From: Camelus dromedarius
Taxonomy: Eukaryota
Reading direction: 5' to 3'
Assembly: GCF_036321535.1 (NCBI RefSeq)
Contig: NC_087437.1
Location: 13,332,001-13,396,000, forward strand
Length of the DNA stretch: 64,000 bases
Below are positions 25,352 to 38,358 of the stretch, one piece after another (positions within the stretch are counted from its first letter, which is position 1; every line of letters starts with the position of its first letter). The notes under the pieces were generated by a model. It was not told the DNA's origin. It saw nothing but the letters and a program-made list of their open reading frames with translations, and did no database searches. The translations under genes were made by a program, and so were the position numbers.

Positions 25352-25465
25352 CTATGCTCCCATAATGAAGAGGTAAGAGTTTTGTTGGTTTAGATTCGTG
25401 TTACTTCTGATAATGACATTGCCAGATGGTTGGGGATGATTTCTACCCTGGGAGGCAGGGTGTGG

Positions 25466-25895
25466 AGAAACATGGATGAACCCAGACGTCATTCTAAGTG
25501 AAGTAAGCCAGAAAGAGAAAGAAAAATACCATATGATGTCATTCATATGTGGAATCTAAAAAAAAAAAAAAAAAAAAAAGACACTATAAACTCATCTACA
25601 AAACAGAAACAGACTCACAGACATAGTAAACCCTCATTGGTTACTGGGGAAAGGGGCAGGAAGGGATAAATTTAGGAGTTTGAAATTTACAAATGTTAGC
25701 CACTATATATAAAAAATAGATTTTAAAAAAAGTTTCCTCTGTATACCACAGGGAACTATGCTTAATATCTTATAATCTTTAATGAAAAAACATGAAAACA
25801 AATATATGCATGTATATGCATGACTGGGACATTGTGCTGTACACCAGAAATCGACACATTATAACTGGCTGTACTTCAATTAAAAAAATAAAATA
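25466..25895 (+). mobile_element. Young 5'-truncated L1 (same family as 8031-8469)
   Basis: gtcattctaagtgaagtaagccagaaagagaaagaaaaatacc...gactgggacattgtgctgtacaccagaaa...cttcaattaaaaaaa. Confidence 0.9.
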
Positions 25896-26654
25896 TAGAG
25901 AGAGAAGAAAAATGCTACCCTTGATACCTCCATGAACTCAGTAAAACGTCGGCTCTCTGTGGAATGGCTGGGTCCAGACTGGCCTCGCTGTGGGGCATCA
26001 TCTGTGTTGCCCTCAGGAGCGAGAAGGGACGCCTTCCTGGCAGATCCAGTCCCCTCTCTGCCTCTTGAGCCACCAGGCTCAAGTCTGAGGTTCAGCTCCT
26101 CCCTGTGTTCTCCCCTGCTGCCCATTTCCCATCCTCACACCCCAGTGGCTGTGCCCCTTGCGGTGTCTACACTTCCGTGTCCCTGTCTTCAGACAGTGAT
26201 GCAGGAACTCAGCATCAAACTACGGGCAAAAGGCTGATGTGGTGGAACGTTTCCTATGTGAGGTGCATCCTAGGACTTTCTCCATCCTCCCAGCCCACCA
26301 CTGCCCCTAGAGATGGGCTGGCATTTCCGTCAGGTTGAAGATGTCCCTTCTTGACCTTGACCCTAGCTACCTTTATCTCCCACCACCTCCCCAAGATTTA
26401 GCCACATCAGACCCCTCCCCATTTCCCTGGGAAGTTCAAGGCTCCAGTGCCCTTTAGAGATTTTAACATTTCTTGGTCTCAAATGACCTGCTTTATCTTT
26501 TCCACACGTAAAGCCCTGCCCGTCTTTAATACTCAACTCAGATCACCCCTCTCTGGGGAAGTTCTCACCGTCTCTCCCTCTATCCCATTTCTGAAATTTT
26601 GTAACTCCTTAGATCTGCTACAACACATCACAGTCATTACAAGCACTTGCTTCA

Positions 26655-26870
26655 GAGTCATGTAGATCTAGGCTCAAAATCGAGTTCTTCCCATTGCTAA
26701 CAATAACATTGGGAAAGTTATTAACTGGTCTGAATATCTCCTCATTCATCCTAAAATAGGAACCACAATAATAGCTTCCTCGGGAGGCTGGTTTGGAGCG
26801 AAATGACGTGGAATGAGACATATATAGCATGATACCACATGGTAGACACAGTGCCATAACAATTTGTTTC
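26655..26870 (+). mobile_element. MIR SINE (follows an L2 fragment at ~26280-26640)
   Basis: gatctaggctcaaaatcgagttc...ttgggaaagttattaac...ctcattcatcctaaaatagg. Confidence 0.65.
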
Positions 26871-27359
26871 ATCTCTTTTGCTACAAATCAGATTTCCCAC
26901 TTCATCCTTTGTAGAGTGGTTACTTGGCTACCTGGCTACACCGACTGCAACCTCAGTTTCCCCGGGGGTGCAGCCTCTGGGTCACCCGCAGGGAGAGGGT
27001 GAGAGAGGGGAAAATGATGACGACATGGAGACTCAGCCAGCGCAGGTGTTATTTGCCATCTTCTGCCCAGGAGAAGGCTGCTGTGGACTAAAAAGGCGCT
27101 CCTGCACCTCCAGGCTGCAGCCTCTGAAGCCGGAGCGTCCCTGAACTGATCGGTACAACAGCTTCCTTCTCAAAGCTTCTGATCCCGTGAAGATCTGAAA
27201 TGCTTGGCTCTTGTTCCTGCTTCTGGACAAAAGCTCGCAACTCTGGCTTTTCCCACTGGTTAGCAATAAAGACTCCTCATGTCATCCCCGCAGACCTTCT
27301 CAACACCGGTGTCTTGACTTCCCCTTTCATACACCCTGATTTTAATTCCAGGAACAGAA

Positions 27360-27425
27360 TTCCTGGAACCAGGAACAGAACTGTGAGGCGTTCCTGGAAC
27401 CAGGAACAGAACTGTGAGGCGTTCC
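27360..27425 (+). repeat. 31-bp tandem duplication (2 exact copies plus 4 nt)
   Basis: ttcctggaaccaggaacagaactgtgaggcg at 27360-27390 and 27391-27421. Confidence 0.95.
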
Positions 27426-27479
27426 GATGGAAAATTTTACTCTCTCTGTAGATGGAAGTAACTAATTCTCAATTAAAGC

Positions 27480-27690
27480 TTATTTATGCTAGGCACTCTT
27501 TTGAGCACTTTGCAGATACTCAGCCATTTAATTCTCATAATGACCACAGTGACTCATTTCTCTTATTATCCCCATTTTACAGATGAGGAAATGAGGCAGC
27601 AAGAGACTCACTTGCCCACGGTTGCACAGCTAATGAGTGGCAGAGCTGGGATTCAAGCCAGAGCCCCCCTGAGTGTAATCTTAATCCCTA
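27480..27690 (-). mobile_element. MIR SINE
   Basis: ttatccccattttacagatgaggaaatgaggc...cacagctaatgagtggcagagctgggattcaagcc. Confidence 0.9.
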
Positions 27691-28869
27691 ATGGGCACAT
27701 CCCTTAATGGACACATCCCTTAATGGATAGATAGATGGAAAGTCAGTTATATAGATGTGTATTTAAAAAATGATTTAAACTCTCTGTTTAAGATTCCACT
27801 GCAAGTTCACTTCCTCTTGAAACTCATCCCTCTCTCCTCTTTCTCAAACTGAATTTTGTACCTCCTTTTTTCTTTCTTCTTATCATTCTGGATCCACTTC
27901 AATCCTAATCCTTCACAAGACTGTGAACTCAGGAGAATAACTGATTTATCTTTGCCACACCAGCGTCTAGCACAGTGCCTGATATAGAAGTGTTTGGGGA
28001 ATGAACAAATAAGTGATTGAGTGACGTCTGTCTGGCATATCTAAGGGAATCAATCAATAATATCCCACTTCTGAAAAGAAGGGTTTGTGCTTTAATATAT
28101 TTTAATATGCCCCCAAATGCTTAGCAGCTGTCTCATATTCAACACTACCTAAGAGCTGGTTGAAGGAGTGAATAAATAAATGATTTCTTGGAACCCCTGA
28201 TACACTCCGCCCTGGCTCCGAGGCTCGCTCATCTGATGCTTTAGCCCCTGCAGGCTCCATTTGTGTAGCTTATTCGTGTTTCAAAATGAAGATGACTCTC
28301 CTAGACATACTCTCAACTCCAACTGCCATCTTTAAGGGGCTGAGTGCAGTTGTGGTTACTGATCTGTGTGAGGAGCAGCGGGAGTTTATCATTTGTTGAT
28401 GCTGTGGAATAATTCCAACACCCAGGGTTCACTTCTCCCTCTCTTTCACTGGGTTTCCTTAGTCCCAAGCTGGATCATGTCCTCCATGTTATGAGAAAAG
28501 CTGTACTAAATGTGATGGCGAGTCTGTGTCCAGGGAAATGTAAGTTCTCGCTTTCTCTTCTGTCTCTTTCTACCTCTTGTCAAAAATGGGCGTGTGTGTC
28601 CTGAGAAGGATTAACTACTTTCAACCTATCGCACCCAATTAATGTTATCAGAGGCACCGTGAATGATGTGAAAAAAACCAATTTTAGGTAACCCTCCTCT
28701 TCCCCTTTTTCCTGGTGTCTTATTAAGGAGAAGATGCCTGGAAAAGCCTTCCCCCACATTCTTCAGCCAGGTATGAAGCTGTAGGGACACCTCGAGTCAC
28801 AGTGGCTGCTGGGTCCCCTTTCCAGTGATGACATCAAGCTCTGGTATGCAATTAAACCCAACATCCAAG

Positions 28870-29354
28870 GCAGCCCATGAGCCTGTCTGCCTCCTGGGAG
28901 GCACACCCTGCTACAGCGCCCTCATGTTCTACCTCTGCAAGCAGTAACATTTTATGACAAAAATGACTGTCACTTCTGAGATTAGATTAGCCATGCCCTA
29001 GAGCATTCATCTTGGTCAGCTTCTCTCTCTCAGATCATTCGCTCTGAAGAAGGCAGCTGTCACATTGATTGCAAGCAGCTCCACGGACAGGTCTACACGG
29101 TGAGGAGCTGAAGTTTCCTGCCAGAACCCGTGTGAGGGAGTTTGGATCTTCTAATCCAGTGAAGCAATGGGTTGACTCCAGCCCCGGGAAGCATTCTAAC
29201 TGCAGCATCTAGAGTGATTCTCAACCAGAACCACCCCTCTGAGGCTCTGCCAGACTCCTAACCCTCAGAAGCTGAGTGAGATCATCAGTGTTGGTTATTT
29301 TAAACTGCTAAATTTGGGAGTAATTTTTTTATGCAGAAATAGTTAACTAGTACA
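28870..29354 (+). mobile_element. MLT1F-like MaLR LTR
   Basis: gtcacttctgagattag...ttttaaactgctaaatttgggagtaattttt...gcagaaatagttaactagtaca. Confidence 0.85.
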
Positions 29355-29774
29355 GCCTTGCAGTTGAAATTAAACAGACGGGGCTGGCATTGCCACTTTC
29401 TTGCAGTGTGACCTCTGTGGGCTCTTTCCTTGTCTGAACTGCAGCTTTCTCATTTAAAAATTTCAGTTTTATCTCATAATTCCTACCTCATAGAGATAGG
29501 ATTAAATGGGGGAAAACTGTGTGGCACACTTAATACTGGGATTGCCGAGGGTTAGTGATACTTCAGTGCTCATTAATTCTTAATTAATTTAAAGGAACAC
29601 CAGATATTAATCTAAATAGCTTTAAAAACACCTCTTAATCTACATTTGGTGTGGATTTTTTGGAGAGATTTTTCAGCTTTCCAGCAGGACCTGGAAAGTT
29701 TTTGCATGACAGCCCATACCTTAGAGGGATGTCCTGCTCAGGTAGACATGAAAAAGATCTTTTCTCCTTAAGGA

Positions 29775-30213
29775 TGTTGGGTTGTAAATTTTAAAAACCT
29801 CCTGTTTACCTATAGCTTCGGCACCTCCACAAGCAGGCTGTGAGCACCTCTCCCAGGGACCAGATGCGCTAGTGTTAGAGGGCTGGTCCCTGCCGCAAGT
29901 TCCCCTCCTGCCCTCCCCTGCTGTGACCTAGTGACATTCAGATGCACCAGTGAAGTTCCCTCCCTTCTTTGCTCCTGCCTCCACCCTGAGCCCCAGTAAA
30001 GGCACTTGCCCACAGGTCCTTGCTCTCCCCTGGCTCCCCACCTGTTGGGTTGAGTCTCCTGCCGGGTCCCTCCTGCCACGTGGCCCCTGCACCGTGTGCA
30101 CTGCCTTCCTCCGCTAGGACCTGCAAGCGTAATAAATGTCTCACTTTCTTACACCTCTCTCGTGTTATTTTGTGTCTGCACCTGACTATCAAAAAATCTC
30201 ATTTTAAATAACA
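29775..30213 (+). mobile_element. ERVL-type solo LTR (MER73/MER74/MER54 group, subfamily uncertain)
   Basis: TG..CA ends; TATA-like agtaaagg; gacctgcaagcgtaataaa poly(A) signal. Confidence 0.65.
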
Positions 30214-31049
30214 TAATTATTACTTACAACACAGACGGTTTATCCTCAAGAATATTTTTATTAGAGATGAGGAAATAGCTTCCCATTGTACAGAGAGAAA
30301 CACTGAAGCACAGAGAGTTTGCCCTCTGGCTAGACGTGCATGGGGTTAGAAGCCTGGTCCTACTCTCTGCATCTTTCCTCATCTCTGAGTTGCAAGGACA
30401 CATCCCAGAATAGCAAAAACACATTTAATCCCTTATTCTTGCTTCACTGGAAGGAAAAAGATTATAAAGCCCAGCATGGCAACCTGTGCCCAGTGCTTGG
30501 TAGATAAAGCTCAGGCCAAATGCATCCCCTGGGACTTCTGCTCATGCTCTGCTTCTTGGTCTCCACGTACAAACTGCAGTCCAGCAGAGCGCCTGCGGAT
30601 GAACGATCTGCATCTAAGTGACCCTCAGGGGGTGCCGATGCAGTCTTAGGCCAGCTCCATCATCTGGGGTTGCTAATGACACCCTGATGCTTCTGTGCTG
30701 TTGGGGACAGGCTGCCCTCCTCGCGGCTCTGCGATGCACAGGACACTGCGGAGCTGCTCATGGCTCCTACAGCACCAAGGATGCTGCTGACTTCCCCGTG
30801 GTCAGAAGCAGCTCGCTGGAAAGCAGGGCTTCCCTGTGCAGACCGTGCTGGGGAGGACTCCCAGCTCCACACTTGCCCTCTGCGTGATGACTACAGTCCT
30901 AATGGGAGTTCAAGAGTCTTGTGATGGTAGCAGGTTTTGCAGAATGGTTCCGTCAATCTGCCAGTTTCACGCACACTTTTTCATTTGTTTTCTCAGGTTT
31001 CTCAGACTGGGGTTCCACATAAGACAAACTGTTAGATTGCAAGTGGCTT

Positions 31050-31549
31050 ATCTAAGGGACGGAACGGTTTCCCTCAGTTCTCTTAGGGTCCCTGGCTGGG
31101 TCTGAAAATGAAACTGACAAAGACAGATTAGGAGAAAAGCATGCACATTTCCTTGAATTTTCACATGCGCATGGGAGTCTTCATAAGAGAATGAAGACCC
31201 AAAGGAGTAACCAGAGCAGAAGGTTTTTGCTTTTAGACAAAGAAACAATACATTTGTTAAAGAACTGCAAAAAGATTGGGGCTGGAGGTTATAAACGAAG
31301 AAGTAACTAGGAGCATAAGGGTTATTTGCACAGATTTCTCTGCCCCAGATTCCCTGCCTCTGCTGGTAAGAATGTCTTGGGGGCCGGGCACCCTTCACAG
31401 GGGAGACTTACCTCCTGCATTCTTGAAAGAAGGGTGAGGGGTGGGCCAGAGTGATATTTTGGTTTCTGCCATTTAAACAAAGTCCTTCAGCTGAAGATAT
31501 TAATATGCTCAAGGTATTAATATTGGGGTAGCATGTCCTGGACCCCATA
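31050..31549 (-). mobile_element. MER34/MER39-group ERV1 LTR
   Basis: ctcttagggtccctggctgggtctgaaaatgaaactgacaaagacagattaggagaaaagc...ccttcagctgaagatattaatatg...ttggggtagcatgtcctg; related to 16837-17262. Confidence 0.8.
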
Positions 31550-31729
31550 AGTTACAGCATTCTCAGAATCGGGGTCAGCTAAGGTCACTTTTCTCTTTGC
31601 TGGACAGAGACACTCTCTGCTTGCTCCCAAGGACCACAGCCACGGAGAGAGAAGGTGTAATGAGCTGGGGCTGGCCACCAGGGCAGTGCTTACCAAAGTG
31701 TGCTTCTTGGAACCCCAGACTGCCTGACC

Positions 31730-32030
31730 TCCTGCCCAAGCTGTTCCTTCATGGTCTGTACTCTCACCTCCTTAAGGTTTTACCCAAATGTCATCCTCTC
31801 AGTGAGATCTGAGCCGCTTTATCTAAAAATGCAACTATTGCCCCCAATACTTCTAGCCTTTCTTCTTTTCTTTTCCCCTCAGGACTTAGCACCTCTAACA
31901 AACTGAATATTTACTTATTTTGTCTATACTAGGATGTGTGGCAAGAAAGTGTTTTATTTACCCCGTGTCCTCAGCACCTAGAATGCTGTCCAGCATCTCA
32001 CATATACTCCAGAAATATTTGTTGCATTAA
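31730..32030 (+). mobile_element. LINE-2 3' end
   Basis: ttacccaaatgtcatcctctcagtgag...gtcctcagcacctagaatgctgtccagca. Confidence 0.75.
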
Positions 32031-32178
32031 TTAATTCTGGCAGAATTAAGAGGAGGTGCACACAACTTGCTTTGCAATATTGCAGTTCCCTAGTATGTTA
32101 TAGCATCACGTTTGCCAAATCTTTCCTACGCCTTGCCCCGTTATGATCCTCACCTTAGGCTGCCAGAGCCAGCACTCC

Positions 32179-32836
32179 TGTCACCAAACCAAACTTGGAT
32201 CCACTCACCTGCACGTAATAAAGCCAACCTACTGACACCAGGTAGCGGTGAAGGAAAGTGCAGTGTTTGTTTCAGGAGCTGAGCAAGGAGCACGGTTGCC
32301 TCATGCTCAAGAGACCCAACTCCCCGATGGGTTTCAGGGGAGCGTTTTTAAAGGCAAGGTGAGGGATACAGTCGCAGGGTGCATGATCAGCTAGTGCACA
32401 TTTCTCTGATTGGTTGATGGTGAGATAACAGAGGGGTGTCACAGGGGTTAACATCCTCAATCCTCAGGCTCTGGCAGTCTGGGGGCTACGTGCTCATGGT
32501 CATCATGCAGTTAACTTCTTCCATTTGGTGGGGGTTTTAGTATCTGCAAAGCAACTCAGGAATATGCATCAGACACTATCTGGGTCCTTCAGGGAGGAAC
32601 TAAAGATTCTGTGAGTGCTATATGGCCGATTTACTGTTTCAATTGTCACCAGTTCTCCTGGCCCAGCTGCTGCTTTTGTCACTGTATGTTCACATCCTTT
32701 CAATCATTAATTCTTGAGCCAGACTTTTGTGACTCAGAGGAGGCCTGAGAGACCAAAACTTATCTACAAACAAGAGGCAGGCAGAGGCCGTTGGGGGCTG
32801 CCCCAGGAAGGCCCCAGAGGGTGCTGCTTAGTTTCA
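32179..32836 (-). mobile_element. ERV1 solo LTR inserted in or next to a MIR remnant
   Basis: Minus strand starts TGAAACTAAGCAGCACCCTCTGGGGCC and ends GGTGACA; CCAAT (ctgattggtt) and TATA-like (tttttaaagg) signals; terminus related to 16323-16826. Confidence 0.85.
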
Positions 32837-33439
32837 CCATTACGGCCCTCACTTTGCGAAGAGTCAGGCTGAGAGGTGAAGGGATTTTGCTAAATTCGCG
32901 CAGCTGAGAAGTGCCAGAGCATCCCGCTGCCGTGTGCTAGCACTCGAGCGTTTTCTTCTTACACTTGTGGTTAGTGATACAGGGGAGATGCAGAGAAGAA
33001 TTCTGAAAACCTTTGATGCTTTTCAAAGAAGGCTTTGATGTTTTCTTAAAGCCCAAACCTTATTCTTTTTCCCCTTTCTTTGGAAGAAGAATAAATTCAT
33101 CAAACAGCATGTATTCTGGTAGGATCAAGGGTCAGAAACGTTCAAAGCAAAATCTTCTTTTATTTCTTGTTGAGGAATTTCACGTTTTGGAAAACATCCT
33201 GGTGGGAGTGTGGGCAGTGTCAGGCTCCACGGTGGCTGGGGGATTCCCTCCGATTCTACCCACAGGGTTGATTTTCTTCTCTGCACAGGATTGTTGGGCG
33301 GAAGGAAGCAAACTGTCACTGAATGGGGCTCCAGCTGACATGACCAGTCTTGTTCCCCCAGAGAATCAGGCTGAATGCATTCAGGGGCCTGCAGGAGAAT
33401 TTTGTTAATTACAGCAAGCAAAATGCAACGGTTGCCGAC

Positions 33440-33750
33440 AGCCATGGGTTCTCATCTCAGCCTTGTTGCTTGCCATCTGTGTGACCTTTGGCAAGTTAAT
33501 TAACTTCTCTGAACCTTGATTCCTTATAGGAAAAAATAGCCAGGCTGCCTGGCTGAGAATCCTGGTTCCTCTCCTAGCCAGTTGTGTGACTTTGGGCAAG
33601 ACAATTGATGTTTTATGTCTTGCTGTACAATTTATCTTTAATGGAGATAATATCAACACCCAGATCATTATGGTGATGTGAGAATGAGATGAGCTAATAC
33701 GTAAAAAGCTCTTAGAAGAGGAAGTAATCATCAATATTATATTACCTGAC
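33440..33750 (+). mobile_element. Two adjacent MIR SINEs
   Basis: tgtgacctttggcaagttaattaacttctctgaacct and tgtgactttgggcaag...atgagatgagctaatacgtaaaa. Confidence 0.8.
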
Positions 33751-33789
33751 TTGGCTGTTTATCATTAGCATCAAATGAGAGGTATAATT

Positions 33790-34620
33790 TGTCATGCGTA
33801 TGCCTCCCTCAGAAGTAGATCCTGCAGCAAGAATCTGAATGTGAACCGTTGTCTGGGAGGTGGTCCCAAGTGCACTGCTGGGGGCTCAGGAGGTGGAAGA
33901 GGGGGGCGCAGGCGGCTCCCAGGTGTGGTCTAGCGGTCAGGATACGTCTGTGGGGACTGGAGACTCAGACCTCTGGGGCCCTTTGGGAAACTGGGTAAGA
34001 CGTGCCTGAAAGCCGTGTCTCTGGCGGCTGAGGGATTTACTCATCCCCTGGTTGCCATCCACTGCCATTGAGAGTTGCTTCTCGATCACTCAGTTCTGAG
34101 CAGGAGCTGGAGGGATCTGTGGTGAGCAGCTCCGTGTGCAGGGGCGGGCGCTGAGGGCAGGCAGACAGCGCGGTCCCAGGCCTGCCCCAGGGCAGGCGCC
34201 AGGCAGAGAACCTGGCTCCTGTTAAGTTTTTGATAAATGTCTGAAACTTTCTGCCTGCCCTTTGAAAAAAGTTTCCATGGCCAGATTTTATTTTTCAAGT
34301 TGACCCTGGTTGTAGCAGGCAATTCCTTCCAAAGGAGTGAGACGGAGATGGAGGGCAAGTGTTTTACTTGACAGGTGGCACCTGAGAGCAAGGTTAGGGT
34401 GGCAGGGGTGAGGCAGGGGGAAGACAGCCACTGGGAGAAGCTGTCTTATTATCTACCAGGGTCCTGAGGCGGGTGCCTGGGGCTCAGCCTTTCGGGGACT
34501 CTGGAGACATTGCAGGGAACCTCAGAGCCATCTCTGCACAGGGCGTGGATGTTGGGCGGTGTTCAACTGCCAAGTCTCCACCGTCACGGGATATTGGTTG
34601 CATTCTCTCCAGTGTGAGGG
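33790..34620 (-). mobile_element. Two LTR33/LTR16-like ERVL LTR remnants (~33790-34200 and ~34310-34620)
   Basis: ccctcagaagtagatcctgcagcaagaatctgaatgtgaac...tgggaggtggtccc and gtgagacggagatggagggcaagtgttttacttg. Confidence 0.55.
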
Positions 34621-35504
34621 AGAAACGCTGCCAATATCTCTCTTTCCTGTCATATTTCAGTGCTTGGTGACTAATAGTTAAAGCACCGATCTCCCCAGGT
34701 TAGGAACTAGGTGTTAGTGCATTTTGCCAGCTCTTAGCCACACACCCTCTGCTGTAGCAGAAAGCAGTTTGAGCAAGTTCTGGGAAAGGACAGTCCCCTC
34801 GGGCCATTGCCACTCCATCCGTAGCCTATCCATCCCCATCCCCATTAAGCAATGCTGCACCGAGCCTGTCCCTACCTAGTCTGCCAAATGGAGACGTGGT
34901 GCCTGACCCTGCCTGACCCATGCTGATACCTACGTGACCCAGACAGAGCATCCCCCAGGCTCTCAGGATGAACAACCTGTCTTTAGTGGGTCTCTCCCAT
35001 GTGCTGTTTGCAGGTCACATCTGTGTGGCAAGAACATCCCAGAGACTGGACTTGCAGTTGCTAATGCCAAATGCATTTTCAGAAATGCTCTGGGGCTGAG
35101 TCACACTGGGAGGGATTTCGCTGAATGAAACGTAAGGCTGACATTATGATGCCTCGGCTCAAGCAGGCTGGGTTACATCTCCTTCACGATAGTGAAGACA
35201 CAAGAAAGCAGGATGTATGAGAGTCGGCTTTGCACACGCTGGCTCGGGCTGCTGTGGGCTGCGGGGTGCTCCCTGGGATGGGGGCAGGTAGCCCGCTAGG
35301 TCAGTCCAACACCATTACCCACGGAGGCTCCCTATAGCAGGATGGTCTTGGCTGCCACTGGTTTGGAAAGTCTCTGTACAACATCCTCTTCTCTGCGTAT
35401 ACTCTTCCTCCTAAAAAAAAAACAATGATTTTTTAAAATATCATTTCCTATTCCTGGCTATTCCTTTTCTACCTCTAGACTGTTCTCAAGCACTCCAGTT
35501 TATA

Positions 35505-35730
35505 GGCAGCTATATTCAAGGGCTTGTAGTAACCTATAATGAAAACGAATATGAAAAAGAATGTGTGTGTGTATATATATATATATTCAATTACATATTA
35601 TATATTCAAATATATATTCAATTATATATATATAATTCAATCATTAGGCAGTACACCAGAAACTGATATAACATTGTAAATTTAAAAAATGCAAAAAATA
35701 AAAATTAAAGATAAGAAAGACATAAAGAAT
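35505..35730 (+). mobile_element. Short L1 3' UTR fragment (cetartiodactyl type) with AT-rich expansion
   Basis: ctatattcaagggcttgtagtaacctataatgaaaacgaatatgaaaaagaat...gtacaccagaaactgatataacattgtaaa. Confidence 0.85.
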
Positions 35731-36402
35731 AAAGTCCAGTTTTTCAGCTTGGGGAAATCCTCCTGGGATGATGATATTCTGATGATGGCAGTAACAATGA
35801 TTCTAATACAACACCATTGACAGCTATGATGATGATATTGATCATAACCACCATTCACCGAGAACCTGTGATTTACTGGATGCTTCGCTCAGAACTTTAC
35901 ACATTTTATTCTCTCAACAATCCTATTTCACAAGATTTATTATCATTCCCATTTTCTAGATGAGGACGCTGAGGGGTGGGAAGCTTAGGTAAGTTGCCCA
36001 AGCTCATACTGACAGTGGGAACTGTACCTTTGCTCTTAGAGAACCTGGCTGCAAGGAAGTGCTCACTATGATGGTTGTCCAGAAATCAGGCATAGGGAAC
36101 TGGAAACAGACAGGAAAACCAGGTGGGAGACTCTTGTGAGAGTCTTGGCAAGAGATAGTAAGTTTGAACATGCACAGTTCCCACAATGGAGAAGAGAGGA
36201 TGAATTCAAGACACAGTATCTGATGACTAGTTGGATGCAGTGAGGGAGAGAGAGGTGGTTGAAAATCACATCCAGGTTTCCCTTGAGGCAGCTGGGTAGC
36301 TGTTGATGGTATCAACAGATGTATGGAGAAAGCAAGACGTTGCAAAGAAAAATAGTTGGGCATACCATAGTGTGATGTGTTGGCACTGAGACATCTGTGA
36401 GG

Positions 36403-37005
36403 CATTGGTTCTGCTATAACACTTGTTTTGAAACCTCAGATTTGTTCCAATGTTATTAATATATTAAGAAACAGTTTGAGGGTAACAGAATTTTGTGCTT
36501 GCTCATGTGTGATTTCAGCCACAAGAAGCACTGGGTGAGTGCAGAAAGCTTCACGGAGTTGGACGGAGCCACGCAGGAGCCACACCCACACCTACCCACA
36601 CACACACACACACACACACACATCCACCAGCTACCTCAGGTCATCACACGTGTTATGAGCCACATGCATGCACGTCTAGTGCTGCAAGTTTCTCAGTGAT
36701 CTCACATCACCCTCTTTCTGCCACATCACCCTCTTTCTGCCACTTCCCAGGAGCTCACAAAGCACGATGGTTCCAAAGCACATTTCTACTGGGGAACTTC
36801 AGGTCTTTTTCAAGGTAAAGTGCTGTATTTATTGTAGCATTGTGTACTCCTTAATCATTTAACATGTGTAAATTGTAACATCACTTTGATTAGGTTCCTA
36901 TCTTTTTCTCTGTGTCACTAATGGAATTTTGGGTTGTTGTCCCCTTAACCCTACTTTTTTTCCCTATAAGCCCTATTGTTTTTATGTGTAATTTTGCATC
37001 ATCTT
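36403..37005 (+). mobile_element. TcMar-Tigger non-autonomous element (Tigger8/9-like) with internal (CA)n
   Basis: ttggttctgctataacacttgttttgaaa...aacttcaggtctttttcaaggtaaagtgc...attaggttcctatc match recalled consensus. Confidence 0.75.
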
Positions 37006-37024
37006 CCATAAGAGGGCCCTTGAT

Positions 37025-37244
37025 CAGAGGCTGGCAAACTGTGGTCCACTGGCCAAATCTAGATCATTGCTTATTTTGTGAATATAATATTACTGGAACT
37101 GTTTAATATATTGTTTATATCTTGTCTATGGCTGCTTTTGAACTACAGTGACAGACTTGAGTCTCTGTGACAAAGACCAAATGGCCCACGAAGCCTAATA
37201 TACTTACTTTCTGGCCCTTTACAGAAGAAGTCTGTTGATGCCTG
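37025..37244 (-). mobile_element. MER58A-like DNA transposon
   Basis: cagaggctggcaaactgtgg...tgtctatggctgctttt...ctggccctttacagaagaagtctgttgatgcctg. Confidence 0.85.
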
Positions 37245-38358
37245 ATCTGAATCAAAGTTAAGAGAGTGAAGCTACGTTCCCCAGTCCAAGCTCATAAACC
37301 CTTTCTTCCAAGATCAAGGTCAAGATAATTGATTCAATATCAAGACGTTTGCAGGAGGTTGAGGAGCTCAGAGTTATCAGCACTGCATACCCAACAGACA
37401 AACTACATATGGGAAAATATTTTTGAAAAAATGTGATATTTGATGTTTCCGAAAGATTATCTCTATATTCATCATGGGAACCACTAGTACTTTCTCGGGA
37501 TTTCCTACATTGATTTCATATTGTTTATCATTTTAATTTGAACTGCATATGGCACGTGGGGCAAATCTCCCATACTTAGGGCCAATAATGTCTTAATTTG
37601 AGGCAAAATTGTATCTCTAGGACTGGACTTTACAGGCAGGCCAACAAAGGGCTGTCAGTGCATTGTGGCTATTTCTCTAGGTTTATTCGTTTTCCCAAAC
37701 CACCAGCTGTCTTTGTAGAAGCTGACCTGGCTTGTCTATTTTCCAATAGACCCCTTCATTTTCTGTTACTTGGGGGAAATTGCTTAAACTCTCTCTGCTT
37801 CCTATTCCTCATCTATGAATTGGAGATGGCTGTACCTACAGATAACCCATGTTAAGTGCCTGGAACAGTTATCTGGTACACATTTAAGTGTTCAGAAAAT
37901 GTTATTTTAAATGCCTGGGTAAATTTCCATCCTATTTTCCCTGAAGAATATTTAGTAAAAACTGAAAGGGGACAAGTAGGAGTGACATCCTTTCCAATTA
38001 GAAGGAATTAGTTTTTTTCTCTATCAACCTTAGATCTTTGAAGTTAAACCACACTGCCTGTCTTAATTTGTATGAAATGGTCCTTTAATCACTCTTTTTC
38101 CCGTAAGAATGCAAACCACTTTTGAAAGTACTTTAGTCCAGAAGGAGGAAGAGCAGTGACCGACGTGGACTCATGTGCCAGGATCTACGCTACCTCAGTG
38201 CCCTCTACCCAAATCATCACAACTATCCTGCAGGGTGGGCATCACCCCCACTTCACATTGGATTAAACCCAGGTTGAGAGCAGCTTGTTAGCTTGCTCAA
38301 GACACGCAGCTAGTCAGCGGCCCCGCCCTGACTCCACAGACTATCCTGGGTTTCTTGG

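Noticed and set aside
27360..27425. 31-bp direct repeat resembling a CRISPR repeat in size
   Set aside because: Copies are head-to-tail with no spacers, the context is mammalian, and there are no cas genes.
29074..29094. RE1/REST-like motif agcagctccacggacaggtct
   Set aside because: About 15 of 21 matches, but it misses the conserved A of CAGCACC and the 3' GCGCC; it lies inside an MLT1 LTR and is probably chance drift.
36703..36743. Short tandem micro-duplications (19 bp x2 here; similar ones at ~13061, ~16488, ~21749, ~27689, ~57675)
   Set aside because: Ordinary replication-slippage products with no motif gain that I can see.
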